In this document: positions 1 through 13,100 of the stretch, piece by piece
How the letters are laid out: each line of letters opens with the position of its first letter
Numbering within the stretch: the stretch's first letter is position 1
Assembly (NCBI GenBank): GCA_905178155.1
Contig: CAJINV010000001.1
Coordinates: 13,018,635-13,082,634 of the forward strand
Length of the DNA stretch: 64,000 bases
Direction: 5' to 3'
Origin: Amoebophrya sp. A120
Lineage: Eukaryota > Protista > Dinoflagellata
Notes under the pieces: generated by a model
Databases searched by the model: none
Told to the model about the DNA's origin: nothing
The model's input: the letters and a program-made list of their open reading frames with translations, nothing else
Made by a program: the position numbers and the translations under genes

Positions 1-206
1 ATCAAATAGAAGAGCGCCGCGTAAAGGAACAAGTTCTTGTGGACCCAGAGAAAACAGGCCACATTCCAGGCGAGCTGAATCAGGTGCTTGATGACAAAAA
101 GAGCGAGCTCCAGAAGCTTTCCAAGAAAAGACAGAAACGCGTTCCATAGCTTGACTACCGGCGCGAGAATCCAACCGGGGGTAAAAACGCCGGTTTTGGT
201 CTTCAT
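1..206 (-). CDS. Partial hydrophobic ORF running off the window edge (possible membrane protein exon)
   Basis: Open frame from ATG at 206 (MKTKTGVFTPGWILAPVVKLWNAFLSFLGKLLELALFVIKHLIQLAWNVACFLW...) to the edge, on the same strand as all other genes; no recognisable family. Confidence 0.35.
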   Translation of the reverse strand, partial: MKTKTGVFTPGWILAPVVKLWNAFLSFLGKLLELALFVIKHLIQLAWNVACFLWVHKNLFLYAALFYL

Positions 207-558
207 GATCTCTGTTGGTTCCTTATTTCTTCTTGGAAGGTGCAGGTGCTGGATTCTATCGGTCAGCAAAACTGCTCTTCAGGGTCAGCTGAAGCTGCAC
301 CAGGAAACTGAAAATATGAATTCGGTGCGCCTTTTCCTCCCTTAGTTTTTTTTTTCCATTGCAGAGCAGAGATAGCTAGAGGTAGAAGTAGCTGCTCATC
401 AAGTCTATCTTGCGAATGCGATTGTGCTTTCAGCTTGTACAAAGAAACCAATATGTTCTCGACGTCGAGCGCCTCGTGATATCCATCGTTATTCTTGTTT
501 TTCTTCCTCTTTTATCGCCAAGATGCCTCGAGAATCGCACATGCGAAATTCATCTTCA

Positions 559-578
559 TCTCTCTCTCTCTCTCTCTC
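559..578. repeat. (TC)n microsatellite
   Basis: tctctctctctctctctctc. Confidence 0.8.
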
Positions 579-1756
579 ACTTTGTTGTCCTCTCCTACTC
601 CTTGCGAGAAGCGTCGAAAGTATGTAGTGCGGCGTCGCTCGGGTTCGCATCATATTGGCCTCGTCAGTTGCCCATGCACAGCAACCTGGACAAAAATTTT
701 GACGATGTGTCCGCCCCATCCGACTTACTTCGCCCTGCCGTGGTCCGTGTTTGTTAAGACGATGGATTTGTTTCCATCTAGCCCTTTGCTGACGCCACGT
801 GGTGTAGACCCAGACTGAAACCTTTTGTTTTTCTTGCGATGGTGCGAAGACAGGCGTCACACGAGAGACAACGATCACAAGTTCTGCCATATCCGAAAGT
901 AAAAGTATGTGTAAAGCGGTAAGAGACTGAAGAAAAACGAAACCACTACGACCTCGCGCGGAGATAACAGCAGTCACACCTCCATAAGTAGCTCGTCAGA
1001 GTGCATTGTTTAATATGTCGACCATCGCGCAACGCGAGACACGTTAAGCACATCAAATAAGTGAATACTGCTACTAGGATGTCGATGTCATTTTTCAACA
1101 CGAGCGTACTGCTGCTTTAAAAGAAACACGAGGAGACGAATGCTGTTGCGTTCATTTCGTAAGGTACCCGTGCCTCCACAGGCGGTGGCGGTGGGTGGCA
1201 CAATTTCATGCAAATTTTACGCATATCAACAATTTTGATTTTCATTACATACGAACGCGGACGAGGTAAAAATGGCAATCACAATCCCACTGGAAGAATC
1301 GCTCAAACCGTATTTGTATTTCATTCGTTGGGGACAAGTAGAAGGCACAGACTGAAGCATTTTTGCTCCAACCAGAACCATCTTCGTTCAGCATTTTCAA
1401 CATATCGCTGCGCCTATGGCAACTGCGAATTAAGTTTAACTTTAAGAGCCCCGTAGGCATTATCTAGTGTACCTATACCTATAGTTTCAGTTCGTTATTG
1501 TTCTTGCGCTAAATTTGATTTACACAGAGTAGCGATCATGAAAAACAGAGTTGCTAGTACAGTAGATGTTGTAGTAATTTGTTCGAATTGTTAGCCCTTG
1601 TAGTACAGATTGATTCATCATAAGTAGGTTCTGTGACGAGTTCTGCTCCTTTGATTTCGAGTGCGCTGATGCAGGTGGACAAGCGGCGGGAGGACGAAGT
1701 GTTTATTCTTGCTGTACTTTGATGTTCACCCCGAAAGGCAAATGATTTATCTTAGT

Positions 1757-4700
1757 TTATCCCCCAATCGCAGCGTCTAGCAGGTCAGTGTGCTGCATGT
1801 ACCCCGGAACCGGCTTCCCGCCGGGGCACCAAGCACGGTAGTTCACCTGCTCTTGCTGGTCCGAATCGGATCGAGATTTGTTGGAGGATGTTGTGGTGCT
1901 GTGGTTCAGATTTATGTACGACCCACTGCGTGAGCTATGGAGGGAGCGATTTCTTCCTGGATGAAAGCCGACTTCTCGGTCGTGCTGGTGTATATTCTTG
2001 TTCTGCTGGTGACCATGGCCAGGACAGCTGTCGACCACTCGTCCATGGACCAGGTCGATGTCCTCATTCGCGAATCTGCTAGCTGCAAGCTCGCTTCTGC
2101 TGAAATCATTTTCCTCATCAAAACCCCTGTGGTGGTTGTACGGACCGTAGCCATAACTTCCTCCATCTTGATGATGACCTCCCCAAGCAGGACCACCAGC
2201 ATCGATGTTCATGTCACCATACGAGGCACCGTAGCGGTGGTTTGTTCGCGCATCGTGATTGATTGGATGCAAAACAGCTCGGCTTACGGCCCGTCCCAAC
2301 TCGACGCTCCTCGTGACCTCGTGATACGGAATGCGATAGCTATTCGGCTCCACACCACCTGCTGCTTGCTGTCGCGGAGAGTTGTCTTGTATCTGCTGCA
2401 GCTCGCGCAGGTGGTCGCGTTCGTGTTGCTTGTTAACCAAAGGGGCAAGATTCATGTTCATCAGGCTGTTGGTGCTTTGAAGAAGAACATGGTCGTGCTC
2501 ATCAGCAGTGCGACGGAAATTGTGGTCGGGAACTCGCGAACGCCCTGCAATGGTAATGGAGGAAGTCAAAATGTGCGGCTGGGACCGCGAATGCGAATTT
2601 CTAGGCGAAGAGCTGCTTCTGCCGCTGGAGAGCGATTTCAGTGCGAAAGACCCGCTCGTTTTCGAAGTAGACGATACACCTCCGCCGGGCTGGTCTTGAA
2701 GATGCGCCGAAGACAGCCCTGCAGAAGATCCGCCGAGAGAGCTCCGCTTGCGAAAATCTTCAGTGTAGTTCTGGTTCTCAGGCAGTTGATATGCGTGGTG
2801 ATGTGAAACAGGTAAGCTTTCCGCTGTCGCACTTGATGCCCGTAAAGACCACCAGGGGTGAGTGTCACGTAAAAAGTTGGAACCGATGCTATCGTAGATG
2901 CTGGCACCTGCTGGTGCACCGGCGCCGCTTGTAGTGTTGCCAACGATTCGGTGGTATTGCTCAAGTAACGCGTTTCGCTCAGGCTGGTCGAAGGAGGGTG
3001 CAGCAATCTGGCGCGACGAATACTGTTCAATAGAGGTGGATGCACTAGACGAGGTCCACCCGGTTCTCTTCGACTCGGCGGGTGCGGGTCCTCGATCCTC
3101 AACTACAGGAGCAGCAGCTTCAGCTGCACTACTCTCTGGGATAATTTTCCGCAGCTCCAACATCAGGGACCGTCGGTGTCCAAATTTCGTCAGTCCCAGT
3201 TTTTGCAGGTCGTCTTCCCGCAGGGACGTGAGAACGCTGCCGTTGATCTCCTCCTCGCGGAGCACCTCGACAATGCGGTCCGCCAAACCGACGCGCGCAG
3301 CCCACTGCAGGACCTCGTCAAGTGTCCACTCGTGCACAACGACGACCCCTCGTGGTTTTATTTCCGCGGCAACATCAAAAATTTCCTTGGCCCGGCGACA
3401 CGAGCTCCTGTGGTCGGTTTGAACAAGTTGCGTGGCCAAAAGATCCTCGTGTTTCAAAGTTTTTGCAGCAGGTTCTTGCGCGGCACTGCAACTGCCCTGC
3501 AGAAGCTCTACCTCCACCTGTTTCTTTGAATCCGGATCCAGCGATGAGAAGCTCGTTGCAGTCTTCTTGTTTCGCAAGAGGAGAATGTTGCGCGCACTCT
3601 GCAGCAGCTCCGCGGCGGGGTCCCTGATTGGACTCGCACTTGGAGATGAAGTGGCACCAGCAGGCGTCTCACTATCGGAGCCAACAGCTGGCGCCGCACC
3701 ATAATCGTGGTCGTGGTCCTCCAGCCTGGGGCCTGCCCCGCCCTCCGAACACGTTCCGGGGGTTGGAGACTCGTTGGTTTCCGCAGGAGAATTGGATAAC
3801 GCGCGTCGGGAGAGATCATCCTGTGATTTTTAGAAGTGTTAATATTCAAAGGAGAGTCGTACTACTCACCAGTCGAAAAACGAGCACCAAGTAAGTTTCT
3901 ACTTGCTGCTGCTGCTCGACTCTGAGCCAGGACTTGACACAATCACCAAGGAGGTGGCACTTCGTCTAGCTTCGTGCTCCAACGTCTCTATGTACTTGAT
4001 ATGCTTGCACAGCTACAACTCGAAGCAGACATCGATGAGCACCACCGCTAAACAAGAAACAAACGGCAAACGACGACAGTGACAATCATCGAAACCATCT
4101 GAACCTGAAGCGGACACAGGGTCTGATGCCCCAAGTTCGGCCTCCGCACCAGTGTAGGACTGTACTTCGGCTGGCGCTGCTGTTTGTCTAGTAGCGTCGA
4201 CTGCGGGGACTCTTGCTTTACCGAGGGGCAGCTACTGGGCTGGACTAATACCGGCGTCAACCGGTGGCCACCTCCGCTCCCCGAAGAAGACAGTGAGGTC
4301 CGGTCCTTGCGTTGGTTCAGAAAGGCGGTACCGGGCGGGACCACGGAAACAGTGCTGCCGTGGGACTTCGACCTGCGCTCCTCGAGTTGTCGGTGTTTCC
4401 GTGCCGAGCGCGCCACTTCCTCACCCAAGCGAATTACACTGAGGCTGGTCTTGTCAAGTTGCGGGACCATTTGATGCGGTTGGAAGGTCGCACCGCCCTG
4501 CTCGGGAGCCTCGTTTGCGATCATGGAAATGACCGTGGAATCGGAAGACCCGCTGGAAAGCGAACCATGTGCTCTGTTGACGATGCGATCTTGATTCTCC
4601 GCCTCCTTCTGCACCTGCTCATTCATGAACAGACCACGGCACACGCCACTGCTTTTGTAGTTGTGGCTCTCTTTTTGGTCTTTGATTTTTTGTGCGTGGT

Positions 4701-6796
4701 CTTGTTGAAACTGTTGTCCTGACGAGGTCGACTTGGACTTCTCTAATTCCGGCGTCGTTGTAGTGGAACTGGCACCTGGACCTGCGGCATCTCCCCTTGT
4801 CGAGGAGGATGACGTGCGATGAATTGGTGGGCGCTGAAGAGAAGTCAGATCAGCTTGTTGCTGCGACTCTCCTGAACATATCCCACGTCCATTATCCACT
4901 CGGTTCTCAAACGGTGGGCTTCGGTGTTGGGAACAACCTGCGTCGCCGGACTCCTGCAGAAACGCGCGGTCGATTAGGCTGGCAGATGACGCGCCGCCGG
5001 GAAGAGTCAACTCTTCGGCACTATCAGGCTGCGGGCCCGCACCTGCATCCGCTCCACAAGACCCCACAACTCCACGACGGGGCTGTAGCCCTCCCGCGCT
5101 CAACCCCAGCCGCAGTCGCTCTGCTTGCAACAGGAGCCGCTCCTGCATCTGCTTCTTGTGGGCTGCGACCTCACGTTGGACGATGTCAGCGTCTCGTCTC
5201 TCCTGTTCAACATCGCGAACTGAGCTAGAGGCTTTTGCAGACTGAAACTCGGATTCCGCTTGCTGAAATTCAGGCTGATTCAACAGCGAGAGCGGCTGAA
5301 GACGTTCATCTTCCTCATCGTTATCATCCTGTGCGAACTCGTCCACGACTTCGCTGCGACTCAGTTCCAGCAAACCATCCGACGTTTGCGTATCCAGCTG
5401 TCCTCGCCCCGCGCTGTTCTGGTTCGAATGGCAAGTGCTTGTTTTCCTATCCTGCAGTTGTTGTTCCTGGCTTCGGCGAGAGGAAGAAGAGTCACATGCA
5501 GCTCCACCGGTAGAGCGAGAAAATCCAAAAATCCGTTGCTGCTGTTGTTGATCTCGGTCTCGTGCGTCTCGGTCGGCTGACCAAGGAAAATCTGTCTGTG
5601 GACTGCAGTTCAAAACTCGCTGGTGCTCATCCAATATCGTGGCGTCTTGTCCGCCGTTCGGTTCTTCTCGATCATGATGTCCTTGTCCACCTCCACGACC
5701 TTTGCTTTTATTCTCCTTACCCGACATCAAGTCCAGCAGTTGCTGATAGTGCTTCTTAGAGTATCCAAAAAAAAAATGTTAACATTAACATTCTCACTAG
5801 TCAGCTTTTGAGTCAAAATAGCCGACTTTTTTTTGCAAATGTTAACATGTACCCAAAATTCTGCATTTCCGCACGGGAATCTGGAATCGTGGGGAAATGT
5901 TAACATTTGCCCGAAAATCTGCATTTTCGCTCGAGATTCTGCGACTTGGCCGAATTCCTTATTTTTGGCCAAAAATTGGCGCTCGAGCAAAATCGCAGAT
6001 TCCCGTGCGAAAATGCAGATTTTCAGGCAATTGTTAACATTTCGGCCAAAGTCCAGACTCCCGTGCAGAAATGCAGGATTTTGGGCAAATGTTAACATTG
6101 ACCGGCAAATTTGGTCAAAAGTTGCCATCTTTTTTGCGCAAGTGAAAATGTTAATGTTAACATTTTTTTGTTGAATATAGAGCTTGCAGATGGTGGCTCA
6201 AGTGGAAAGTGCTCCTCGTCGCAGCCGAAAGACCCACCTCCTGATGCCATATGATTTCTCCTGCTCTGATGCGCCTGTTGTCGCCGCAGCAATCGTTTCT
6301 GTGTCGAAGCCGACCGGGGCGATTCGCTATACAGCGGAGACTCGTTGTAGGGAGATTCCAAGTTTTCAGCCCGCGTGATGTTGTCAAAGTCGTGCGCGGG
6401 AGTCACCCCTACGTACGCAGCGTGTGTAGTAGTAGTTCGTGGCGGCGGAGATTCCTGCGGCGTTGGCAATTCCCAACAACTGTGCTGCTCAGAAACAACG
6501 TTCTCGTCTTGATCGCGATGAGAATCTCCACCAGGTCGTGCTGCGTTCTCACGTCGGCTCGTGTAGTCTTGCAAGAACTCTCCTGACGCCGCGATGCTGC
6601 GGTTCCGCGTGCTTTGCTTGCCTTTCGACGGTTGTGCAAGAAAAGGGTTGGAGCTCGTACTTCCGGTGAGACTCTCCCCAAACAACCGCGCGCCCGCACT
6701 GGGGCATCGTCGCATTTGCCGTGGGGAGCTACGCTCGCTTAGGAACGGATGCATTTGCATGGTGACGAGTCTGCTGCTAGCTGCACTTGGCCGCAA
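1757..6796 (-). CDS. Large low-complexity SAM-domain protein (multi-exon; 5' end uncertain)
   Basis: ORF 1757..3577 contains a SAM domain (~3140-3335: EWTLDEVLQWAARVGLADRIVEVLREEEINGSVLTSLREDDLQKLGLTKFGHRRSLMLELRKI). ORFs 6092..6796 and 4048..5730 join in frame (..ASS|KKHYQQLLDLMSGK..) after removing TIR element 5762-6177 plus one TSD. Linkage across ~3700-4100 by ordinary introns is inferred. Confidence 0.7.
5762..6177. mobile_element. Foldback/MITE-like introner, family A (416 bp), exonic insertion
   Basis: Termini tatccaaaaaaaaaatgttaacattaacattctcact / agtgaaaatgttaatgttaacatttttttgttgaata; TSD TAGAG at 5757-5761 and 6178-6182; internal ~60-bp subrepeats around the TGTTAACA palindrome arranged as a long imperfect hairpin; removing 421 bp restores the frame. 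Confidence 0.9.
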
Positions 6797-7383
6797 TACT
6801 TACTGACTAGGACGTAGTTGTAGTTCTTGAGATCCTCGTATTTTGAAAGCAGTATGCAGTAGGAGTCTAGCTACAACAAGTCGGCCGTATTCCGACGCTC
6901 TCACGCCTGCAAACGATGAACGACCTGATGAACCTTGTTCGTTGTGTTCATTCTCTTCTCTCAGTTTCTCTCCACGGTGTCGTCGACAGCACGACGGCGA
7001 GCTCACGCCTGCCCATCGCAGCGAACCATGACACAAGTACAGGTGACCGCATAGGAACAGCTGCAAGAAACGGTGAATAACGCTCGTCAGATGCTCACGT
7101 GGCGCTGCATAAAAGGACTTCGGTCAAACCATTCAAATCGTTATTTTTCAGTTCGCTCGAGCTCGAGTCAGGGGGCACGTTCAACTAATATAAATCGGGG
7201 GAATCTAGGTTGTTTTCCTGGTGGAAGGTCGTGCTGTGGTCATTAGATTTGGTTGTGGCTATGTAATTCTACTTTGACTTATATATTTTCCTCATCCACG
7301 ACCTCGTAGCATTCCACAACTAATAAATATACAGTAGCGAATAGATAGTACTACTCATGCATTCCTGTTCTTGAGAAGTAGAA

Positions 7384-9255
7384 TCACACCGGCACCGTTG
7401 CCGGGCTAAGGCAGAAGGGAAGACTTTTGCGCTGCTTGTCTGTCCAGACGTGCGGAGCAGTGGCCATGTCCGCCATTTTTGTTGCCGGGGCACCATGATT
7501 ACCGGCGTTGGCCACCGCGGTGGCGTCTGCCGTGCTGGTCGTCGACGCTGTGGTTGCCCATTCCATCGCGATCCCCAGCTTTGGGTCCCGCGTCAAGGTC
7601 GCTTCTAGCAGCAGGCTCTCTTCACTGCTGGCGCACCGCAGACAGGTCTGTAACTCGAAGAGCGGCTTACTCCACTGGTAGTCCAGATAGCACGTGAACC
7701 GCGCGTTAGCGTGCTTGTGCCCGCTGGTGACGCGGTTCCCGCTGGCCAGCGAATCCAGGAAAAAGCTGGCCCCGTGGTCCTCTTCGTGTCCCACGGAAGT
7801 CAAGGTGTCGCGCACGTCCTTGTTCCCGTCTACAAAATTGCGAAACGCCGCATAGAATTCCAGCAGGGTCGCGCGACTCGCCGTCTCCAGGTCGCCCGGC
7901 GTCTGCCCGGCCTGCTCGTCAAGGAGCAGCTTCCTGCGTAACGCCTCCATCTCATACAGCCCGACCACCGGCGTCCACTTTCTAGCGAGCGTGCGCTTGT
8001 TCAGTCCGCCGGAACCGCCCTGGCGATCGCCGTCGACCCCAGGCGAACCACTATCTCCTGCAATGGAACCACCGTTCCAGGCACGAAATGCTAAATGCAC
8101 CAGAAGGAAGAAGGCCACCTGTGCGACCACTAAGCAAGCGAGTTCCCGCCAGTGCTTCCGGAGGTGGTGACAAATCTCCGAGAGCCAGACAGGACACTTC
8201 CACTCCTTCACTCGGGATTTCATTTCCTCGGAAATGCGCCGCAACGGTACCGCCACGGAATTCTTCAAATCGTAGCCCGGAGAATCGACGTTCACATGCC
8301 AGACGTTATTGTTTCCGTTGTGCGAAGAACCATCGCCGGACAGTAGACCTCCTGACATCGGCGCATTCTCGTTTCCGCCGTTTTTTTCTAAATCAAAATG
8401 GAGCAGTCCGGCACGATTTCCTGTAGTTCCTGCAGAGGTAATATCCCGCAAAGGAAAATCCTCGTCGTCGTCGTCATCCACATGGCCCTCTTGCGACTGA
8501 AAGTCCAGAAGTCGTTTGCTCCGGAGGTCAAAATCCAGTTCGTCACAGAGTTCGTCCGCGTCGGAAGCATTGTCCAACAGGTTATACCCGTCTTTCTGGT
8601 GCTGCGTCACGAAAAATGCTTGCTCAACGACCCCACGACGTTCTCCTTTATTTCCTCCGGATTCGCCTGCTGGTTTAGGTTTTTTAACATTCTTGTTTAC
8701 TGCTGTGACAGAATCTTCGTCCTCTTCGTCCTCCAGCTGCAGATGCAATTCATGGATTGGCCGCAAAGCGTGCGTGATCTCGTCCTCTTCGTCGTCATCG
8801 CTGATGCACGCAAGCGCGCGTCGCTGAAACTCTTCCGTTCGTCCGTTCGGAAATTCAAACTCAGACCGATTCAGCTGCTGGCTGGTGTGCCTTGACACGT
8901 CGTGATTCAATTTCGACATCTGATCCTCCTATCCTGGAAAAAACACCCATCGCCATCCATTTTTTGCATGACAAATAGCGGATTTTATGCCTGTTTTGCA
9001 TGACAAATTGGATGGGGATGGGTGTTTTTTCCTGGATACCTCCAGCAACTTGACCTCGTCCTTGACGTGCACGTTCGTCGTGAGCAGCAGATTTGACGGC
9101 CTGAGTGTTGACGTCCCTGCACGTTGATGGCCTGCCAAAGAAGCCGCGGATTCCGAACCGGCGCTCTGGTGGGAAGAGGCCGTGTCTTCCATGAAAGAGG
9201 AAAGATTTTGAAACTCCCCCGCGTCGGAGGCAGTGCCCGACAAACGAATGGACAT
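7384..9255 (-). CDS. Hypothetical single-pass membrane protein (~585 aa), interrupted by an introner
   Basis: ORFs 8929..9261 and 7384..8919 join in frame (..VKLLE|DQMSKLNH..) across element 8930-9038; hydrophobic segment LACLVVAQVAFFLLVHLAF. Confidence 0.7.
8930..9038. mobile_element. Introner family B (109 bp)
   Basis: TIR tatcctggaaaaaacacccatcgccatcca / tggatggggatgggtgttttttcctggata; TSD CCTCC at 8925-8929 and 9039-9043; two GCATGACAAAT motifs; can be cut as a GT..AG intron using TSD bases. Confidence 0.92.
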
Positions 9256-10111
9256 GATCAATTTGTGCTAGGGAAATCGACTGGATTGTACTTGTAAATC
9301 ATCAAACTCATTCACTTTGCTACTCAACTGGACCAAAAACTACAACCGACAGACCAGAAGCAAAGCACGAAATTTGATGCAACTAGAAAAGACGGCTCCG
9401 AACAGATTTCGCTACGAAGATCAGTTTTTCGTTTGATTCAGACGGAACCATCGAGATCAACAGGAAGAGGATCTTGATCTTCAACTCCCAACAGATCAAA
9501 ACAGTAACAAAACAAGGCAACATTTTTACCACAACTACAAAACAAGGAACACAAAAACATGACCAAATCTGCGCAGTGTGGATGTGGCGTTGCTCTGGAA
9601 TGACCAGACCACTACTGTCCGACTTTTTTGGTTTCACTTTCATTCTACTTCGCCATCGCCACGATGGATCATGAACTTTATCAATTTTCCATATTGGATT
9701 TTCATCCGATTTTCCCGTGGTTAAAGGACAAAGACAAAGCCAGAACGTACACCACCGCTCTTTGGCTTTCCATTATCTCCTCCAGCGTTAATTTTTTCTT
9801 GAATGATAAATAAATTCATGATAACGTAGCTGCGAATCTTGACTCTGACTGTCTAGGAGGAGGCATTTAGAAATATCATAGATTCGTTTTCGTTGATTAT
9901 TGCAACGCGTCGCTCTCGCTGGTGCCCAAATTGTCGTTGGTTTTCGTCTTCAGAAGAAATGTAGATAATGCTGCAAGCGTAACCAATAAATTCTCACTCT
10001 GCAGCAAAATTAAGCGTTGTACAACTCACGGACTGGTGTGTCTGTGAGCAGAGTCGTTGTCGTAGCGTTTTTCTCTTTACAGAGCTAATCGTTGTTTATT
10101 TTATCAAAATC

Positions 10112-13100
10112 TTATTGGTACACTGGGTCGTCCGCGACGAACATGTAGTTTTTTGCGTTTGTGAAGGTACTCTTGTCCTGGATGCTGTCTGCGTGGTCCT
10201 TGTATTCGATCAAGGCGTGTTCGTCGAGGTCCAGAACCTGTTTCAGCGTCTCCCCGATGGTCATCTTCGCCGCGGAGTGGCGCACCCACAGCTGCAACAA
10301 GTCCACCTTTCGCGTGGAAACCATGCAGCCAACCACCTCCGGGGTGGCAAACTCTTCCCCGACAAGAGCGAACAAAAGCGCCTCCCACATACGGTTCAAC
10401 TTCTGTGAGATTTTTTTCATTTTTCTTCGAGTTCGTTTGAATTATAGGGAAGCACAAGATGTACCGGATTACGCTACGTACGCCATGTAGACAAGAAAAG
10501 GAAAAAGAAAATAGATGCGCGGAAATGATAAGAGGGCAATCACTTCTACGGAGAGGAAATCCAAAAATCAGACATGATGTAGCAGAAGTACTAGCTCTGC
10601 AATCGTTACAGCACGCTAAATTTTTCATACCTGCGTTTCCCCAGGGACCCGGTTGACGCGGACGATCCAGCAGCCTCCCTGTGGGTAGTCCTCCCACGCG
10701 GGACGGTGGCCTTGTCGAAAGCAGGAGAGACTCCGGTCCTTCTTCAACTCACTTGGTCGGTGCAGGAAACAGTAGTACCGAAAGAATTCCTCCACCGTTT
10801 CAAAAGTACCGAGCTCCGTGGTTCGATTGTGGTAAGCAGTTTCGCGGGCGTTGCTGCACAGGTTATTGCCTGATGTTGTTCCCGAAGCAGCTTCGGCATT
10901 TGATCCCGGAACCTCTGTCTCTCTTGCTGGCTGCGCATTGGTCACTCTTGCGTCTGCGTGATCTGCTCCATCAGTCTTAGATGAATGTTGCTCATCATGA
11001 CGAGCATCTTTTTCTTTGTGTGTCTGTGGATTTCCTTCTCGTTCCGCTGCGCCTGCAGAGGCGGTACCTACCGCCATCATGGTGCCACTGTCACTGGGGT
11101 TAGTTCCTGATACATTGGTTGCGCTTTCGCCTACCAGCAATTCTGCCAGGGAGATTTCCGTCGTGGCAGCACCTGGCGTAAACACTGGTGCGTTCGCAGA
11201 CAGCGATGTGTTTGGCGTAAACACCGGAGCATGCGCATTCAACGTAACTACGGTGCTGCTCGTCCTTGCGCCATCTTCGAGCGCTTGAGGCAACGGTAAA
11301 TCGCTCTTCTGGTTCTGCCCCCCAACCAGTGGACTACTTGCGGCATCCAAGCCAGGATTGCTACCGCACGGTGGTACAGGCTTGGCAGACGGTGACGGAC
11401 TGCTTGCAAAAGTGTTAAACACACTGTAGTCAAGGAATTTACCTCCCGCTGCCACGTACTCGGGCGCATTGGCATTCAAGCCCTGCTTCGAACACGAGGA
11501 GGAGGTGCTTGTGGAACTGCTGCTGCAGCTCCTGTCAGAAGTCCGCGAAGCTGGCACTACTGCAACTACACTGGGCTCCGGCGTGCCCGTAGGGTGAAAT
11601 TCCGGCGCTCCTGCGCTGAGTCGCGGGTCGGGAAGCTGGTGCAGGGAAGCAACTTCCTCTTCAACAAGCTCGTCACTGACCGGTTTTGATGCTTTTGGCT
11701 GCGCCTTGTCTACTTGTACCTCCGCTACCTGAGTTTCGTCTGTTGCACCTGTCGCGCCGCTCCGGGCTGGCGTCGATGGGCAACCGAGCGTCACCTCACC
11801 TACCCGCGCAAACGAACTCGCAGACGTACTGGCAGTGGCAGTTTCGCACTCGTTCATCTTCCCGTTTTGCCCCCCTCCAACATCCACCATTGGAGGTGCA
11901 GATGAAGGCAGTTGTTCGTCATATGCTTTGCCGGAACTTCTACAGCCATCTACTTGCAGTGGCGATTCATCGGCGGCTACTGTAGACGGTGTAGCGGCGA
12001 AGATAGGCAGGCGGTCAAGGTCACGAACACAGGCGTCACTGTCAGTATCAATGTCTTCGTGGCCTTCAAATAGGTCGTCAACAACCAGGTCGCGCGTATC
12101 GTCCTCGGGCTGCGGCTGACTTTCTTGACTTGTCACAGAACAAACTTCCTGTTTGTTTCCTGCCACGTCAGCTGTTGCCTTTGCCTCTGCCCCTCCGATG
12201 CTCGTTGGTTCCGCTTCTGAAAGTGTACATGAGGCCTCGTCCTTCTCGCTACCGTCGTCTTTGGAGGGGGCGCTGTAATCACCATGATCAACATCAATAT
12301 GGTCTTTCTTGTCTCCTGCGCCTCTACTTCCAGCCACATTTTCTTCCGGTAGCTCCACCGCTGCAGAGGAACTACTTGAGGTGGAGGATATTATCTCTAC
12401 TGGCTCTGTTCCTGCGCTGTCGGCCTTCTTTTCATCGCCGTCAACCGATTGATCCTCTGCTGGAGCTGCTCCTGCTGCAGCTGCTCTCGACGACGCGGAG
12501 ACGGATCCATTTTCTTGGTTCCCACGACCTCCTCCTGCAACCGGCGGGCGGAAGGCGTGTGCGCGATTCGGTTTCTTTGCGTAGGAGAAGGTCCATGGCG
12601 TCTCTAGCAGATGCTCCTGATAATTCGGCGCCAAATTGTTCGTGCGTGACTCGGTTCGTCCTCGTCGGGGGCTAGCGCAGGTTGAGGTGGAGCGATGCGA
12701 GGACGGTGGTCCTCGCGCCCCCGGCGGCTTCGTCGAACTTGCGGGCCGTGACGCAGAGCTTGTCAGTTGTGGTGCTCCGGAGGACCGAGAATCGGAACTT
12801 GTGCTCTTCGTCGAATTTTCTGAACACAAAAATCCTTGTTGCGAGCGTGAGGGCGAAGTAGATCGGTTTGTTCCGGCGTTCTTTCCCTTGCCACTGTTTG
12901 TCTTGCAGCTGGAGGTCGTGGTGATACCATTCGCGGGGTGTCCACCACCTTGTTGAGGATCAGAATTTGTAGTTGTAACAGTGGAGGGTATCTTCCAGAA
13001 AGGTCCCGATGGTCCTTTGCCCCCCGATGCGGATGCGGTGGCTGGATCCGTTTCTGCACTAGCAGCGCGAGCTGCTCGGTTTGCAGCTCGCGCCCCTTTC

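Noticed and set aside
5775-6165. Regularly spaced aaatgttaacat repeats as a CRISPR array
   Set aside because: The spacers are themselves homologous and inverted, the context is eukaryotic, and no cas genes are present
5727-6174. ORFs with repeated MLTF/NVNI peptides
   Set aside because: Translation of the palindromic foldback element, not a protein
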